A program made the position numbers and the translations under genes. DNA of 64,000 bases, taken from Coraliomargaritaceae bacterium (GTDB lineage: Bacteria > Verrucomicrobiota > Verrucomicrobiia > Opitutales > Coraliomargaritaceae). The stretch covers positions 18,098 to 82,097 of the forward strand of contig CBFHKU010000009.1 of the NCBI GenBank assembly GCA_965656495.1, in the 5' to 3' direction. Numbering within the stretch: the first letter of the stretch is position 1; the number at the start of each line of letters is the position of its first letter. The notes under the pieces are model-generated. The model saw nothing but the letters and a program-made list of their open reading frames with translations, was not told the origin of the DNA and made no database searches. Positions 24,506 through 34,571 of the stretch are shown here, one piece after another.

Positions 24506-25349
24506 GGTTCAGCTGATCACGGAAGTCTTTGCCCATCTTTAGCAGGCGGTGAATGGTTTTGGCATCTTCGGCTTGAAGGGCGTGCTTGAAAGCGGCGAGG
24601 CTGTTTTCAAATTCCGCGAGTGCTTCCAGGAGCGGGCCTTTATTGTGGAGCATGATTTGTTGCCAGAGCTCCGGGTCGCCGCCCGCCACGCGGGTGGTAT
24701 CGCGCAATCCCGGGCCACTGAGTTGTCTCCAGACGGGATCTTTCTCGCTTAGATCCTTGCAAAGCGCCGAGGCGAGCAGGTGTGGCAAATGACTGATAGC
24801 GGCGACGCTTTGGTCGTGCTTTTCGGGGCTCATGACATGGATGCGGGTGCCGACTGCTTCCCAAAATGCCCTGGCTTTGTTGAGGGCATCGGGCGGGGTT
24901 TGTTCGGTGGGGGTAAGGATGCAGGCCGCGTCCTGAAAGAGGTCTGATCGTGCGTTTTGCAGTCCTGATTTCTCTGAACCCGCCATTGGATGTGCGCCGA
25001 CAAAAGTGAAATCTTTGCCAGAAATATGTTCGAGGTCTTGGCAGATTCCTAGTTTGGTGCTGCCGACATCGGTGACCAGTGCACCTTTTTTTATGGCAGG
25101 CACGATTTGTTTGAGCAGGGGGGCGATGCTTGCAACGGGGGTGCAGCAAATGATGAGATCGCTGTCGGCAACTGCTGCTTCAGCTTCGCAAAAAGCGGCG
25201 TCGCACCAAGTCTCGGCAAGGCATGCATCGCGACTCTCGGTTCGGCGCGTTCCGACCACCAAGCGTTGGCATAGCTCAACTTCCTTGGTTTTCATGGCCA
25301 GTGAAGCACCCAGAAGACCGGGCCCGAGGATAGTGATTTGCTCAAACAT
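24498..25349 (-). CDS. tyrA: prephenate/arogenate dehydrogenase
   Basis: GPGLLGAS, TDVGSTK, HPMAGSEKSG, HD...SHLPH, RDTTRVA. Confidence 0.94.
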   Translation of the reverse strand: MFEQITILGPGLLGASLAMKTKEVELCQRLVVGTRRTESRDACLAETWCDAAFCEAEAAVADSDLIICCTPVASIAPLLKQIVPAIKKGALVTDVGSTKLGICQDLEHISGKDFTFVGAHPMAGSEKSGLQNARSDLFQDAACILTPTEQTPPDALNKARAFWEAVGTRIHVMSPEKHDQSVAAISHLPHLLASALCKDLSEKDPVWRQLSGPGLRDTTRVAGGDPELWQQIMLHNKGPLLEALAEFENSLAAFKHALQAEDAKTIHRLLKMGKDFRDQLNHD

Positions 25350-25494
25350 CTTATATTCTTGAAACTTTCTTTAGCTTTTGAAGTCGAGCGATAAATACAA
25401 GCTCAGTTGGGCTTGTATTGCGAGCAATGCTTTAGACTTGCGGGATGCGTGCTTGCTGTTTTGGCTAAAAAGCTCGTTAAATAAGTAGTGATCT

Positions 25495-27255
25495 ATGTTT
25501 TTAAAAAAGAATAACAGATTGGGTTGGGCTTCGGGATTGGATCGACAGGCAGAGGATGGATACATCAAGGCGAGCTTGATCTTGCTATGTTGTGTCGCCG
25601 TTTTGGCAGCTTTTTGGATGCTCTCGAAGCTGGGTCCGAAGACTATTGACTATGAGACCATTGACACCTCGCAATATGAAGTAACGGATGCCATGCTTAA
25701 ATTGCAGGAAAAAAGTCTGATTCATGAGGGCAGTTTTGATGAAATCCTGTCGCTGCGTAAACCGAGTGCCGAGGATGTAGCTATTTTAAAACAGGCCTTG
25801 GATTTTCAAGAGGCGTACATCAAGGCGCTTCCAAGTTATGACGTGGAGGGGGAGTTGCGATTAAGAAGCCTCCGGGAGCGCTACGCCGAGCATGCCAGTT
25901 TGCCCATTCTGGAGAAAAGCCGGGCATTGGAGGCGGAAGCGGATGCGCTATCAATGAAGAAGGATTACCTGGCTGCGCACGAGCGCATGAAACACGCATT
26001 TGAACGGCAAAAGCAGATCAACGAGCAATTTCCCCAAAGCCCGCATGTGAACCACGGACGTGCGACCCTCTTGCAACGGAAATCCCGATACCTGATTGCG
26101 GAACCCATTTATCAGGAAAGTTTGGATTTGGAAGCGGTGGCGGATGGGCATATCAAGGCGATGGAATGGGAAGCTGCAGAGGAAACTTTGAACAATGCGA
26201 TTAACATACAGACGGATATCAATCGTTCTTACCGCGGAACAAAGCAGGCCAGCACCTTGCGATTGGAATTACTGAAGACAAAATTACTTGGGATTCAGTC
26301 GGGTCAAAGCAATCTGGAGATTGTTGCGTTGGAAGAGAAGGCTGATGCCTTGAAGGCGCAAGGTGAAATGCTGGAATCCGCGCATTGTTATCAAGAGGCG
26401 GCACGATTACAGGGGGAGCTCAATAAAAACTTTCCGCAAAGCCCGCACGCTTCCTCAGATCGCGCTAATTATTTTTTACGCAAAGCTCAAACCGCGCAAA
26501 GCTTTGAGTTAGGCCGCACTATCGAGGCCAATCATGCCCGGCTTGAACAAATTCTGGCTGAACGCCGCACTTACGACGCAGTTGAACTCATCGCGCAACT
26601 TAGCCGCGATATTCAATACATGCAAGATGCGCATCCCCGCAGCTCGCTCTTTGATGAAGAACTCAAATTAAAGATCAGTTATCTTGCTATCATTAAAAAT
26701 GATTTGGGTTTCATTCAGGATCGTGTTTACGCGATGCTTTTACCTGTTCCTGAAGTGGAAGACTGGCATATGGCAAAAACCGAGGTAACGCAGGTGTTAT
26801 ATCAGTTTATTATGGGGGAAAATCCCAGCCGTAACACCGGCGAGACGAAACCGGTCGATTCGGTGAGCTGGTTGGAGGCGAAGGATTTTTGTAAACGCTT
26901 GGGCTGGATTTTGGGCAAGCCTGTGCGCCTGCCGACCGAGCATGAATTCCGTCAAGCTCTGGGGCCCTTGCGCTATGTTGTGCTTGAGAAACATGTTTGG
27001 AGTGTTTCCGATGCGAGAGAGATCGCGAGACCGGTAGGTCAAAAGGAGCCCTTCTCAAGTGGATATTACGACCTTCTGGGTAATCTCAGTGAATGGCTGG
27101 AATCGATTGATCAATTCGATGAGGAAGATGCGCATCATATCGGTGGTCACGCCGGTGACCGAATTGAGGTGATTTTCAGTGTGCCGCGCCGCAGCACCTC
27201 ACGGGCCGAGCGCAATCGCTTAACGGGCTTTCGTTTTGTCGCAAAATTAAGCTAG
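25495..27255 (+). CDS. membrane-anchored helical-repeat protein with C-terminal FGE-sulfatase (SUMF1) domain
   Basis: N-terminal TM; about five 67-aa helical repeats; C-terminal KTEVTQ, NPS, PVDSVSW, RLPTEHE, YDLLGNLSEW, GFRFV. Confidence 0.82.
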   Translation: MFLKKNNRLGWASGLDRQAEDGYIKASLILLCCVAVLAAFWMLSKLGPKTIDYETIDTSQYEVTDAMLKLQEKSLIHEGSFDEILSLRKPSAEDVAILKQALDFQEAYIKALPSYDVEGELRLRSLRERYAEHASLPILEKSRALEAEADALSMKKDYLAAHERMKHAFERQKQINEQFPQSPHVNHGRATLLQRKSRYLIAEPIYQESLDLEAVADGHIKAMEWEAAEETLNNAINIQTDINRSYRGTKQASTLRLELLKTKLLGIQSGQSNLEIVALEEKADALKAQGEMLESAHCYQEAARLQGELNKNFPQSPHASSDRANYFLRKAQTAQSFELGRTIEANHARLEQILAERRTYDAVELIAQLSRDIQYMQDAHPRSSLFDEELKLKISYLAIIKNDLGFIQDRVYAMLLPVPEVEDWHMAKTEVTQVLYQFIMGENPSRNTGETKPVDSVSWLEAKDFCKRLGWILGKPVRLPTEHEFRQALGPLRYVVLEKHVWSVSDAREIARPVGQKEPFSSGYYDLLGNLSEWLESIDQFDEEDAHHIGGHAGDRIEVIFSVPRRSTSRAERNRLTGFRFVAKLS

Positions 27256-27264
27256 TATTATATC

Positions 27265-27396
27265 TTGAGTGAAGGAAACGAAAGTGATCCTGAGGACTTG
27301 AAACGCGCCCTCAAAAGCCAGCGAATTATTCTTTATGTCATGCTGTTGGGGATGTTGCTGCCTGTACTTTTAGCCTTCTTTTATTTCGAGCTTTGA
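27265..27396 (+). CDS. small (43 aa) single-TM membrane protein
   Basis: Read manually because it is below the ORF-track cutoff: TTG start, MSEGNESDPEDLKRALKSQRIILYVMLLGMLLPVLLAFFYFEL*; begins 9 nt after the FGE gene stop. Confidence 0.55.
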   Translation: MSEGNESDPEDLKRALKSQRIILYVMLLGMLLPVLLAFFYFEL

Positions 27397-27514
27397 GGAG
27401 TGATTTTTCTTGATTGGCGAAGGCACCGCTAGAATTTGGTATTATTTATACGGGTTTTTCGCCCCGCTTCTGAAAAATGTTTGCAATCTCACTCATTTTT
27501 GAAATCGTTACAAT

Positions 27515-27712
27515 ATGCTAAAGCATAATGAATTTAACGTTAAAAAAAGCGCAGGCTTTGCTCTGATCGAGATTTTAATCATCTTTGTTATCGTTGTTTT
27601 GCTCGCGGTAATGACTGTTCCCGTGTTCAAAAAAATGAACGAAATGACTAAGGATGATGCCAACGCGAGCGCAACGCCCGTTCCAATTGAAGAACAGGGC
27701 ATGCCGGAGTGA
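27515..27712 (+). CDS. very short prepilin-type N-terminal cleavage/methylation protein
   Basis: KKSAG|FALIEILIIFVIVVLLAVMTVPVF class III signal with Glu at +5. Confidence 0.75.
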   Translation: MLKHNEFNVKKSAGFALIEILIIFVIVVLLAVMTVPVFKKMNEMTKDDANASATPVPIEEQGMPE

Positions 27713-27715
27713 TTG

Positions 27716-29188
27716 CTAGGTCTCTTTGAGAAATGCAACAAGACGCTTGGCTGTGAGTTTTCCAATTCCCGGAACTTCGCAAAATTCCGCGATGGAGGCC
27801 TCGCGCATTTTGGGTAGCGAGCCGAAATGAGCCAACAGGGCGTGGCGTTTGGCCTGACCCAGCCCCTTGAAATCCTCAAGGATGGATTCGCGCAGTCGCT
27901 GACTGCGTAATTCGGCATTAAAACTGTTGGCAAAATGATGCGCCTCATCCCGCAAATGTTGCAGGAGACGCAGAGCAGGATCGTGCGCTTCCAGATTGAG
28001 GGGGTCGCGTCCATCGCTAAAAAGAATGGTCTCATTTTTTTTGGCGAGCCCGATCAACGCAGGCGGTTCGATGCCTTGGTTCAGGAAAGCACGCATCGCG
28101 GCACCGACCTGTCCCGCGCCCCCATCCACCACGATTAAGTCTGGAAAAGCGGCACCCTCGTCATGAAGACGGCGATAGCGTCGCCCCACCACTTCCTCCA
28201 TCGCACGAAAATCATCGTTCCCGACAAAGGATTTTATCTTGTAGCGCCGGTATTGCTTGCGGTCGGGACGCCCCTTTTTAAAAGAAACCATCGAAGCCAC
28301 GCAGAAACTGCCGGAGATATGCGAAATATCGAAGCACTCAATTTGGTCGGGTCGTTTCCGGAGGGCAAGTTGCTCCATCAGCAATTGGAGGGCCGCTTTG
28401 GGGTCGGATTGCCCCAGGAGGTTGCGCTCAAATTTTCGGGTTCGCTGCGCGGTTCGTTTGAGCGCCTCAATGCGATCCCGGAAGGCGGCGGCCTTTTCGT
28501 AGTTTCGTTCGCTGGCGGCGGCCTGCATTTGCTCCTGAAGTTCCCGAAGCCATTCTTTTGCCTTGCCCTCCAGAAACTCACAGGCCGCTTCCAGTCGTTG
28601 GTGGTAATCCGCTTCGCTTATCTCATTGGGGTGTCCGTAAATTTCTGCCCGGGCGTCATCGTAGAGACGCCACAATCCGTTGCCCAAATTGACCGGTTTG
28701 GCATCCCCCAGTAGAATCCCGAATTTGCGCTGCAAGGCCGCAAGGGTTTGACGCAAATGACCCGAGTGTGCAAAGGGTCCAAAATGGCGCGAGTGCGCGT
28801 CGATGCGGTTGCGCGTCAGTCGAAAACGGGGCAAGGCTTCGCGCAAATCAATCCGCACGAGCAGGAAACGTTTGTCGTCCGTGAAATCGGTATTGTAGCG
28901 CGGGCGGTATTTTTTGATGAGCTGGCCTTCGAGTAGGAGTGCCTCCGCTTCGGATTTAACCCGGATAATGTCAAAATCATGGATCAGTTCCAGCATCGCC
29001 CGTATTTTGGGTTGCGCGACAACCAGCTTGCGGGATGCCTGGAAATAAGTGGAGACGCGTTTCTTGAGGTCTTTGGCTTTGCCAACATAAATCGTCTGCC
29101 CGAGGCGATCCTTCATTAGATAAACACCGGGTTGATGTGGCAGACGCCGCACTTTTTCTTTGAGATTTATCGGATCAGGCTCTGGCAT
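27716..29188 (-). CDS. uvrC: excinuclease ABC subunit C
   Basis: GIY-YIG (PGVYLMKD...IYVGKAKDLKKRVSTYF), UVR domain, IECFDISH, DGGAGQ, LRDEAHHFA, HhH. Confidence 0.96.
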   Translation of the reverse strand: MPEPDPINLKEKVRRLPHQPGVYLMKDRLGQTIYVGKAKDLKKRVSTYFQASRKLVVAQPKIRAMLELIHDFDIIRVKSEAEALLLEGQLIKKYRPRYNTDFTDDKRFLLVRIDLREALPRFRLTRNRIDAHSRHFGPFAHSGHLRQTLAALQRKFGILLGDAKPVNLGNGLWRLYDDARAEIYGHPNEISEADYHQRLEAACEFLEGKAKEWLRELQEQMQAAASERNYEKAAAFRDRIEALKRTAQRTRKFERNLLGQSDPKAALQLLMEQLALRKRPDQIECFDISHISGSFCVASMVSFKKGRPDRKQYRRYKIKSFVGNDDFRAMEEVVGRRYRRLHDEGAAFPDLIVVDGGAGQVGAAMRAFLNQGIEPPALIGLAKKNETILFSDGRDPLNLEAHDPALRLLQHLRDEAHHFANSFNAELRSQRLRESILEDFKGLGQAKRHALLAHFGSLPKMREASIAEFCEVPGIGKLTAKRLVAFLKET

Positions 29189-29248
29189 TTAGGCAAAATT
29201 GATGTAAGTTACTTAGATTAAGCAAACCCGATCCCTATTAATCAAGCC

Positions 29249-30493
29249 ATGTCATCTCGCGCAAAAGTAGAAATCATAAATTTTGGCGACGAGCTACTCG
29301 TTGGGATTCGCGCCAATTCACATTTGGAATACCTGGGTGCAGAATTGGCGCGTTATGGCTTGCCGGTACGCCGCGCGAGTGTGGTCTGCGATGCCCCGGA
29401 AGAAATAAGCGGTGCGATTAAAGCGGCACTGGCGCAGTCGGATTTGGTCATCACGACCGGCGGCTTGGGGCCTACCTCGGACGACCTGACCCGCGAAACG
29501 ATTGCGGAAGCGCTGGGTGCCGCGCTGGTATATGACGCGGCGGTGGAAGCTGCCATCAGTGATTACTTTCGCGTGATCAATCGCCCGATGGCGGAGCATC
29601 ACCGCAGGCAATGTTATGTTTTTGAGGGAGGTGAGGTCTTGCCAAATCGAAAAGGAACGGCACCCGGTTTGTATTACCGTACCCAAGGCAAAACCGTGGT
29701 CTTGCTCCCGGGGCCCACTCAGGAGTTGCGGCCCATGTTTGAGGAGGAAGTCATTCCGCGTTTGCGCCGCGATGGTTATTTGAGTGAAACGGCGGCGTAC
29801 ATTCAATTGCGTACCTGTGGCTGTGGGGAATCCAGTATCGAGGCGCGTATAAAGCCTATTGTGGAGGCCGAGCCGGATTTGCAGGTGGCGTATTGTGCGC
29901 ATTATGGAATCGTAGATGTCCGTTTGAGTAGCCGTGCGGGGCACTTGGACACCGCCGATCTGGAGCGAATTGCGCAGGCCGTCGCCTATGAATGCGGCGA
30001 GGATTTCTTTTGTTACGGCGATGGTAGTCTTGCGGAGGTCGTTCACCGGAAGCTGCGCGAGACCAATGGAACACTGGCGGTTGCCGAATCCTGCACCGGT
30101 GGAATGCTGAGTGATGCATTTACCAATATTTCAGGGGCATCCAAGACCTTCATCGGTGGCATTGTGTGCTACTCGAATGAAGTTAAAGTGAGCCAGGTCA
30201 ATGTGCCGGAATCGATCTTATTGCAGCACGGGGCGGTGAGTCCGGAATGTGCGATTGCGATGGCGGCGGGCGTGGCGGAAAGCCTGAGCGCGCATCACGG
30301 CTTGAGCGTGACCGGTTTTGCGGGACCGGAGGGTGGCAATAAAAAGAATCCGGTCGGGACGATTCACCTGGGCTATCATTCCCCGGCGGGGGTTTGGTCG
30401 AAGACGGTTCGCTACACCGGTGGGCGTCTGGATGTGAAGGCGCGGGCGGTGCATGCGGCGCTGGACTGGATGCGGCGCGAGTTGTTCAAGTAA
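29249..30493 (+). CDS. cinA: CinA/PncC family NMN deamidase with MoCF N-terminal domain
   Basis: GDELL, TTGGLGPTSDDLT, GTAPG, AESCTGG, GAVS.ECA..MA, TGFAGP.GG...PVGT. Confidence 0.93.
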   Translation: MSSRAKVEIINFGDELLVGIRANSHLEYLGAELARYGLPVRRASVVCDAPEEISGAIKAALAQSDLVITTGGLGPTSDDLTRETIAEALGAALVYDAAVEAAISDYFRVINRPMAEHHRRQCYVFEGGEVLPNRKGTAPGLYYRTQGKTVVLLPGPTQELRPMFEEEVIPRLRRDGYLSETAAYIQLRTCGCGESSIEARIKPIVEAEPDLQVAYCAHYGIVDVRLSSRAGHLDTADLERIAQAVAYECGEDFFCYGDGSLAEVVHRKLRETNGTLAVAESCTGGMLSDAFTNISGASKTFIGGIVCYSNEVKVSQVNVPESILLQHGAVSPECAIAMAAGVAESLSAHHGLSVTGFAGPEGGNKKNPVGTIHLGYHSPAGVWSKTVRYTGGRLDVKARAVHAALDWMRRELFK

Positions 30494-30586
30494 AAGCCCG
30501 GGGAACCGCAGGCGTGCAGCGATTCCGAATCTGGGGGGTGATTTCTCGTTGCGCTGTGCGGTGCAGGGCGCAAAATTCCCTGAACT

Positions 30587-31684
30587 ATGCCGAATAAGCC
30601 CTTTACTTTTATTTGCGGAGATGACGACTACCTCGTCTCAGAGGAGGGCAGGGCTTGGTTTGCGGCGCAAACGGAAGGGCTGGCGGATGATCTCTCGAAA
30701 GAGGTGGTCGACGGTCGGGCAGCGAACGTCGCGGAGGTGGAAGATGCCTTGCAACGTTTCACCAGTGCGGTTCAGACCCTGTCCCTCTTTGGGGAGCGCA
30801 AGGTGGTTTGGTTGAAGGATGTCAATTTTATGGCGGACAGTGTGACGGGTCGGGCGCAGGGGACCTTGGATTTGTTGGAGGTTTTAAAGGCGGCCTTGGA
30901 GGGGCTGGACCCCGAGGCGGTCGGGGTTTTGATAACGGCCTATCCAGTGGACAAGCGTCGCAGTTTTTATAAGTGGGTTCAAAAGACGGCAGATTTCAAG
31001 GCGATGGATGCGGGACGAGATGCGGCTCAGAGGTGTGCAGAATTGGTACGTACCAGTTGTGCGAAGAGCGGCATAAAAATAGAAGCGGGTGCGGTTGAAG
31101 TGCTGGTGGCAAAAGTGAACGGCAACACCCGCCTCTTGGTGGAGGAGTGTCGCAAGCTTTGCACCTATGTCGGCGATGGCGGTGGCCCCATCACAGAGCG
31201 GGAAGTGATGGAGCTCGTTCCGAATTTCGGAGAGGCTGATTTTTTTGAGGCGGCGGATGCTTTTTTCTCATTGGATTTGGAATGGACCCTGCAGGCGCTG
31301 CGGCGCCATTTCTTCACGAACAACGACGCTCGCGGGCTTTTGGGTAGTCTGCAGTCCCGGAATCGTTTATTGATTCAGTTGCGCGTTTTGTTGGATGCGG
31401 GGGCAATCCGTTTGGGCTCAAGGGGCTTGAACAAGCAAGATTTAGAGGGCGCGGCTAGGAGCTACGCTATGCATTTTGGTGATGTTGAAGAAAAGAGTAA
31501 TTTGAATGTTTTCTCGCAGAATCCCTTTTATTTGGGACGGATGGCGGGAACGGTCGGCAAGGCACCGCTCAAGAAGTGGATTGATTTCCAGTTGGCGTTT
31601 TCGGAGGCCTTCGAAGCCATCATTCAGCGGCCCAACGAACAGGAAGAAGTGTGCCGTGAGTTGGTGGTCAAGTGCCTCAGTTAG
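30587..31684 (+). CDS. holA: DNA polymerase III subunit delta
   Basis: ICGDDDYL, SLFGERKVV, DKRRSFYK, ECRKL..Y. Confidence 0.8.
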   Translation: MPNKPFTFICGDDDYLVSEEGRAWFAAQTEGLADDLSKEVVDGRAANVAEVEDALQRFTSAVQTLSLFGERKVVWLKDVNFMADSVTGRAQGTLDLLEVLKAALEGLDPEAVGVLITAYPVDKRRSFYKWVQKTADFKAMDAGRDAAQRCAELVRTSCAKSGIKIEAGAVEVLVAKVNGNTRLLVEECRKLCTYVGDGGGPITEREVMELVPNFGEADFFEAADAFFSLDLEWTLQALRRHFFTNNDARGLLGSLQSRNRLLIQLRVLLDAGAIRLGSRGLNKQDLEGAARSYAMHFGDVEEKSNLNVFSQNPFYLGRMAGTVGKAPLKKWIDFQLAFSEAFEAIIQRPNEQEEVCRELVVKCLS

Positions 31685-31766
31685 GGATGCGGCGATTCCG
31701 GGCGGGTTTTTTTCTAGCATGTTGCCGCAAAAGCATGCAATTTGAAGGTTTCTCAATTTACAGATC

Positions 31767-33191
31767 ATGGAAACCACGCCCAATGTCCTAGCTTCTCGAT
31801 ACGCCTCACCCGCAATGTGCGGTATTTGGAGTGCGGAGGGACGGGTATTGCTCGAGCGGGACTATTGGCTCGCAGTCTTGCGGGCGCAACGGGATCTCGG
31901 TCTGGACATTCCGGAGGGCGCGATTGAGGCCTATGAAGCGGTGAAGGAACAGGTGGATTTGGAATCCATCCAAGAACGGGAAGCCGTTACGCGTCACGAT
32001 GTGAAGGCCCGGATTGAGGAATTTTGCGCTTTGGCGGGCTATGAGCACATCCACAAAGGTTTAACGAGTCGTGACCTGACAGAAAATGTGGAGCAACTCC
32101 AGATTCTGCGCGGCTTGGAGTTGATACGTACCAAGACGATGGCAGTGCTCCTCAAATTAGCGGATCGTGCGGAGTCCTGGAAGGATCTCGTCATCACAGC
32201 GCGCACGCACAATGTGCCGGCGCAGCCCACCACTTTCGGTAAGCGCCTCGCGATGTTCGGGGAGGATTTACTCGGTGCGGCGCGTGAACTGGATCGTTTG
32301 ATCGACACATATCCGGTGCGTGGACTGAAAGGCCCAGTCGGCACTCAAATGGATTTGTTAACGCTGTTTGAGGGGGATGCCGAAAAAGTAGGGGATTTGG
32401 AGGCGCGTATTCTGGATCATCTGGGAGTGGGCGCCTCGCTGGATACCTTGGGGCAGGTTTATCCGCGCGGGCTGGATTTTGAGGTGGTTTCTAATTTTGT
32501 TCGGCTTGCTTCGGGCCCCTCCAGTTTTGCAAAGACCCTGCGGATCATGGCGGGTCATGAACTTGCAAGCGAGGGCTTTGCAAAGGGACAGGTCGGTTCA
32601 TCCGCGATGCCGCACAAGATGAACAGCCGCAGTTGTGAACGGCTGAATGGATTTGCGGCGATTCTGAAGGGGCATTTAACGATGGCGGCGGAATTGAGCG
32701 GGGATCAATGGAATGAGGGCGATGTTTCGTGCTCGGTGGTGCGGCGTGTTTTTCTGCCGGATAGTTTCTTTGCGATTGATGGTTTATTGGAGACATTCTT
32801 GACGATTCTGAATCAAATGGAGGTGTATCCCGCCGTGATTGATCAGGAAAATCAACGTTACGGTCCCTTCTTGGCAACGACCACGCTCTTGATGGAGGCG
32901 GTCAAGGCAGGTGCGGGTCGCGAAGCAGCCCACGAAGCGATCAAGACACATGCGGTGCAGGCGGTTCGGGATTTACGTGCCGGCAAGATTCTGAAAAACG
33001 ATCTGGTGGAGCGCTTGGCAACGGACGGGCGCTTGGGCTTGCCGGAAGCTCAAATCAAGGAATTGGTGGAGCGCTCCCAAACCTTGACCGGTCAGGCGAA
33101 GCAACAGGTGGAGGCTTTTTGCGCGGTGGTGCGTCAGGAGGCGGCGCATTTCCCGGAAGCGGCCAACTATCAACCCGGCGCGATTCTTTAA
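31767..33191 (+). CDS. purB: adenylosuccinate lyase
   Basis: TRHDVKA, IHKGLTSRD, RTHNVPAQPTTFGKR, GSSAMPHKMN. Confidence 0.96.
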   Translation: METTPNVLASRYASPAMCGIWSAEGRVLLERDYWLAVLRAQRDLGLDIPEGAIEAYEAVKEQVDLESIQEREAVTRHDVKARIEEFCALAGYEHIHKGLTSRDLTENVEQLQILRGLELIRTKTMAVLLKLADRAESWKDLVITARTHNVPAQPTTFGKRLAMFGEDLLGAARELDRLIDTYPVRGLKGPVGTQMDLLTLFEGDAEKVGDLEARILDHLGVGASLDTLGQVYPRGLDFEVVSNFVRLASGPSSFAKTLRIMAGHELASEGFAKGQVGSSAMPHKMNSRSCERLNGFAAILKGHLTMAAELSGDQWNEGDVSCSVVRRVFLPDSFFAIDGLLETFLTILNQMEVYPAVIDQENQRYGPFLATTTLLMEAVKAGAGREAAHEAIKTHAVQAVRDLRAGKILKNDLVERLATDGRLGLPEAQIKELVERSQTLTGQAKQQVEAFCAVVRQEAAHFPEAANYQPGAIL

Positions 33192-33253
33192 GGATTGCCA
33201 TTCTGCAATCGCCATTTACACACAAACTGAACTTCTCAACAACCCAATCAAAC

Positions 33254-34516
33254 ATGTCAGAACAACTAACAGGCAACTGTCTGATCGCCCAATCGGGCGG
33301 TCCTACTTCCGTTATTAATTCCAGCCTCGCCGGTGCGATCACCGAGGCACTCAACCATGAGGCAATTGAGGAAATTTATGGCGGGCTGAACGGAATTTTG
33401 GGGATTTTGAATGAAAACCTCATCGACCTCGCGGCAGAATCGCAGCAAAGCATCCGTGCCTTGCGCCATACCCCGGGGGCGGCCTTGGGCACCTGTCGCT
33501 TTAAGCTCAAGCGTCCGGAAGATTATGCCCGCGTGCTCGAGGTCTTTGAAGCACATAATATCCGCTATTTCTTTTATGCCGGTGGCAACGATTCTCAGGA
33601 CACTGCCGACAAAATATCGAAACTGGCAAAGGAACGCGGTTATGAACTCCGCGTGATCGGAATCCCTAAAACCATTGATAATGATCTCGTCACAACAGAC
33701 CACACGCCCGGTTATGGCAGCGTGATCAAGCATGTTGCTACGACCGTTAAAGAAGTCGCCTGCGACAACGCCGGGATGGGTCAACACGACCTGGTGCAAG
33801 TGATCGAGGTCATGGGCCGCAGCGCGGGCTGGATTGCTGCTGGCGCCGCACTTGCGAAGCGCCGTGATGACCCCACTGGTGCGCCGCATCTCATTTATCT
33901 GCCGGAGGTGGCTTTCAGTCCGGAGAAGTATATCGCGGATGTGCAGCGCGTGCTTCAAAAAGAGAATTATTGTGTGGTAGTTGTCGGTGAAGGTCTTCTC
34001 GATAGCGATGGCAATTACATCTCAACCGATAGCACGGGATCTGACGCCTTCGGTCATTCCCAATTAGGCGGCGCGGGAGACTACTTGCGCAAGCTCGTCG
34101 AAGATAATCTACAGATCAAGGCACGCTCCATCAAGCTCGGCATGGCGCAGCGCGCCGCCGCCAATTGCGCCTCGGCGGTGGACAATGACGAGGCATTCCT
34201 CGCAGGTCAGGCTGCGGTTCAAGCTGCGATCAACGGTGAGACCGATAAGATGGTCACCCTCCTGCGCGGCGAAGGTGAAACCTACACTTGCGAGACCGGT
34301 TTGGCGCCGCTTTCCGAAATTGCGAATGGAGTCAAGATGCTGCCTGAAAATTGGATCAATGAAGATGGGGTCAGCATGAGCTACCACTTCTATAAATATG
34401 CGCTTCCGCTGATTCAGGGAGAGGCGGCGATGCCCTTTGAAAATGGTGTGCCAGTTCACGCAAAATTGAATTGCGAAAGAGTGGAACGCCATCTTCCCCC
34501 GCATAACTTCGAGTAA
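33254..34516 (+). CDS. pfkA: 6-phosphofructokinase, probably PPi-dependent
   Basis: QSGGPT, GGNDSQD (Asp at the donor-specificity site), IPKTIDNDL, EVMGR.AGW. Confidence 0.92.
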   Translation: MSEQLTGNCLIAQSGGPTSVINSSLAGAITEALNHEAIEEIYGGLNGILGILNENLIDLAAESQQSIRALRHTPGAALGTCRFKLKRPEDYARVLEVFEAHNIRYFFYAGGNDSQDTADKISKLAKERGYELRVIGIPKTIDNDLVTTDHTPGYGSVIKHVATTVKEVACDNAGMGQHDLVQVIEVMGRSAGWIAAGAALAKRRDDPTGAPHLIYLPEVAFSPEKYIADVQRVLQKENYCVVVVGEGLLDSDGNYISTDSTGSDAFGHSQLGGAGDYLRKLVEDNLQIKARSIKLGMAQRAAANCASAVDNDEAFLAGQAAVQAAINGETDKMVTLLRGEGETYTCETGLAPLSEIANGVKMLPENWINEDGVSMSYHFYKYALPLIQGEAAMPFENGVPVHAKLNCERVERHLPPHNFE

Positions 34517-34541
34517 ACGCGGGCAAGCTTCGAATTTCTGG

Positions 34542-34571
34542 ATGCGCTCTCTGATCGGGGGCGCATTTTTT
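34542..34571 (+). terminator. probable intrinsic terminator after pfk
   Basis: ATGCGCTCT...GGGGCGCAT stem (with G-U pairs) followed by a T run. Confidence 0.6.

Noticed and set aside
25495..27255. FGE-domain protein as the missing OvoA/EgtB partner of the methyltransferase
   Set aside because: It has a TM anchor and helical repeats instead of a DinB-like domain with the HxxxH iron motif, and lies 12 kb away
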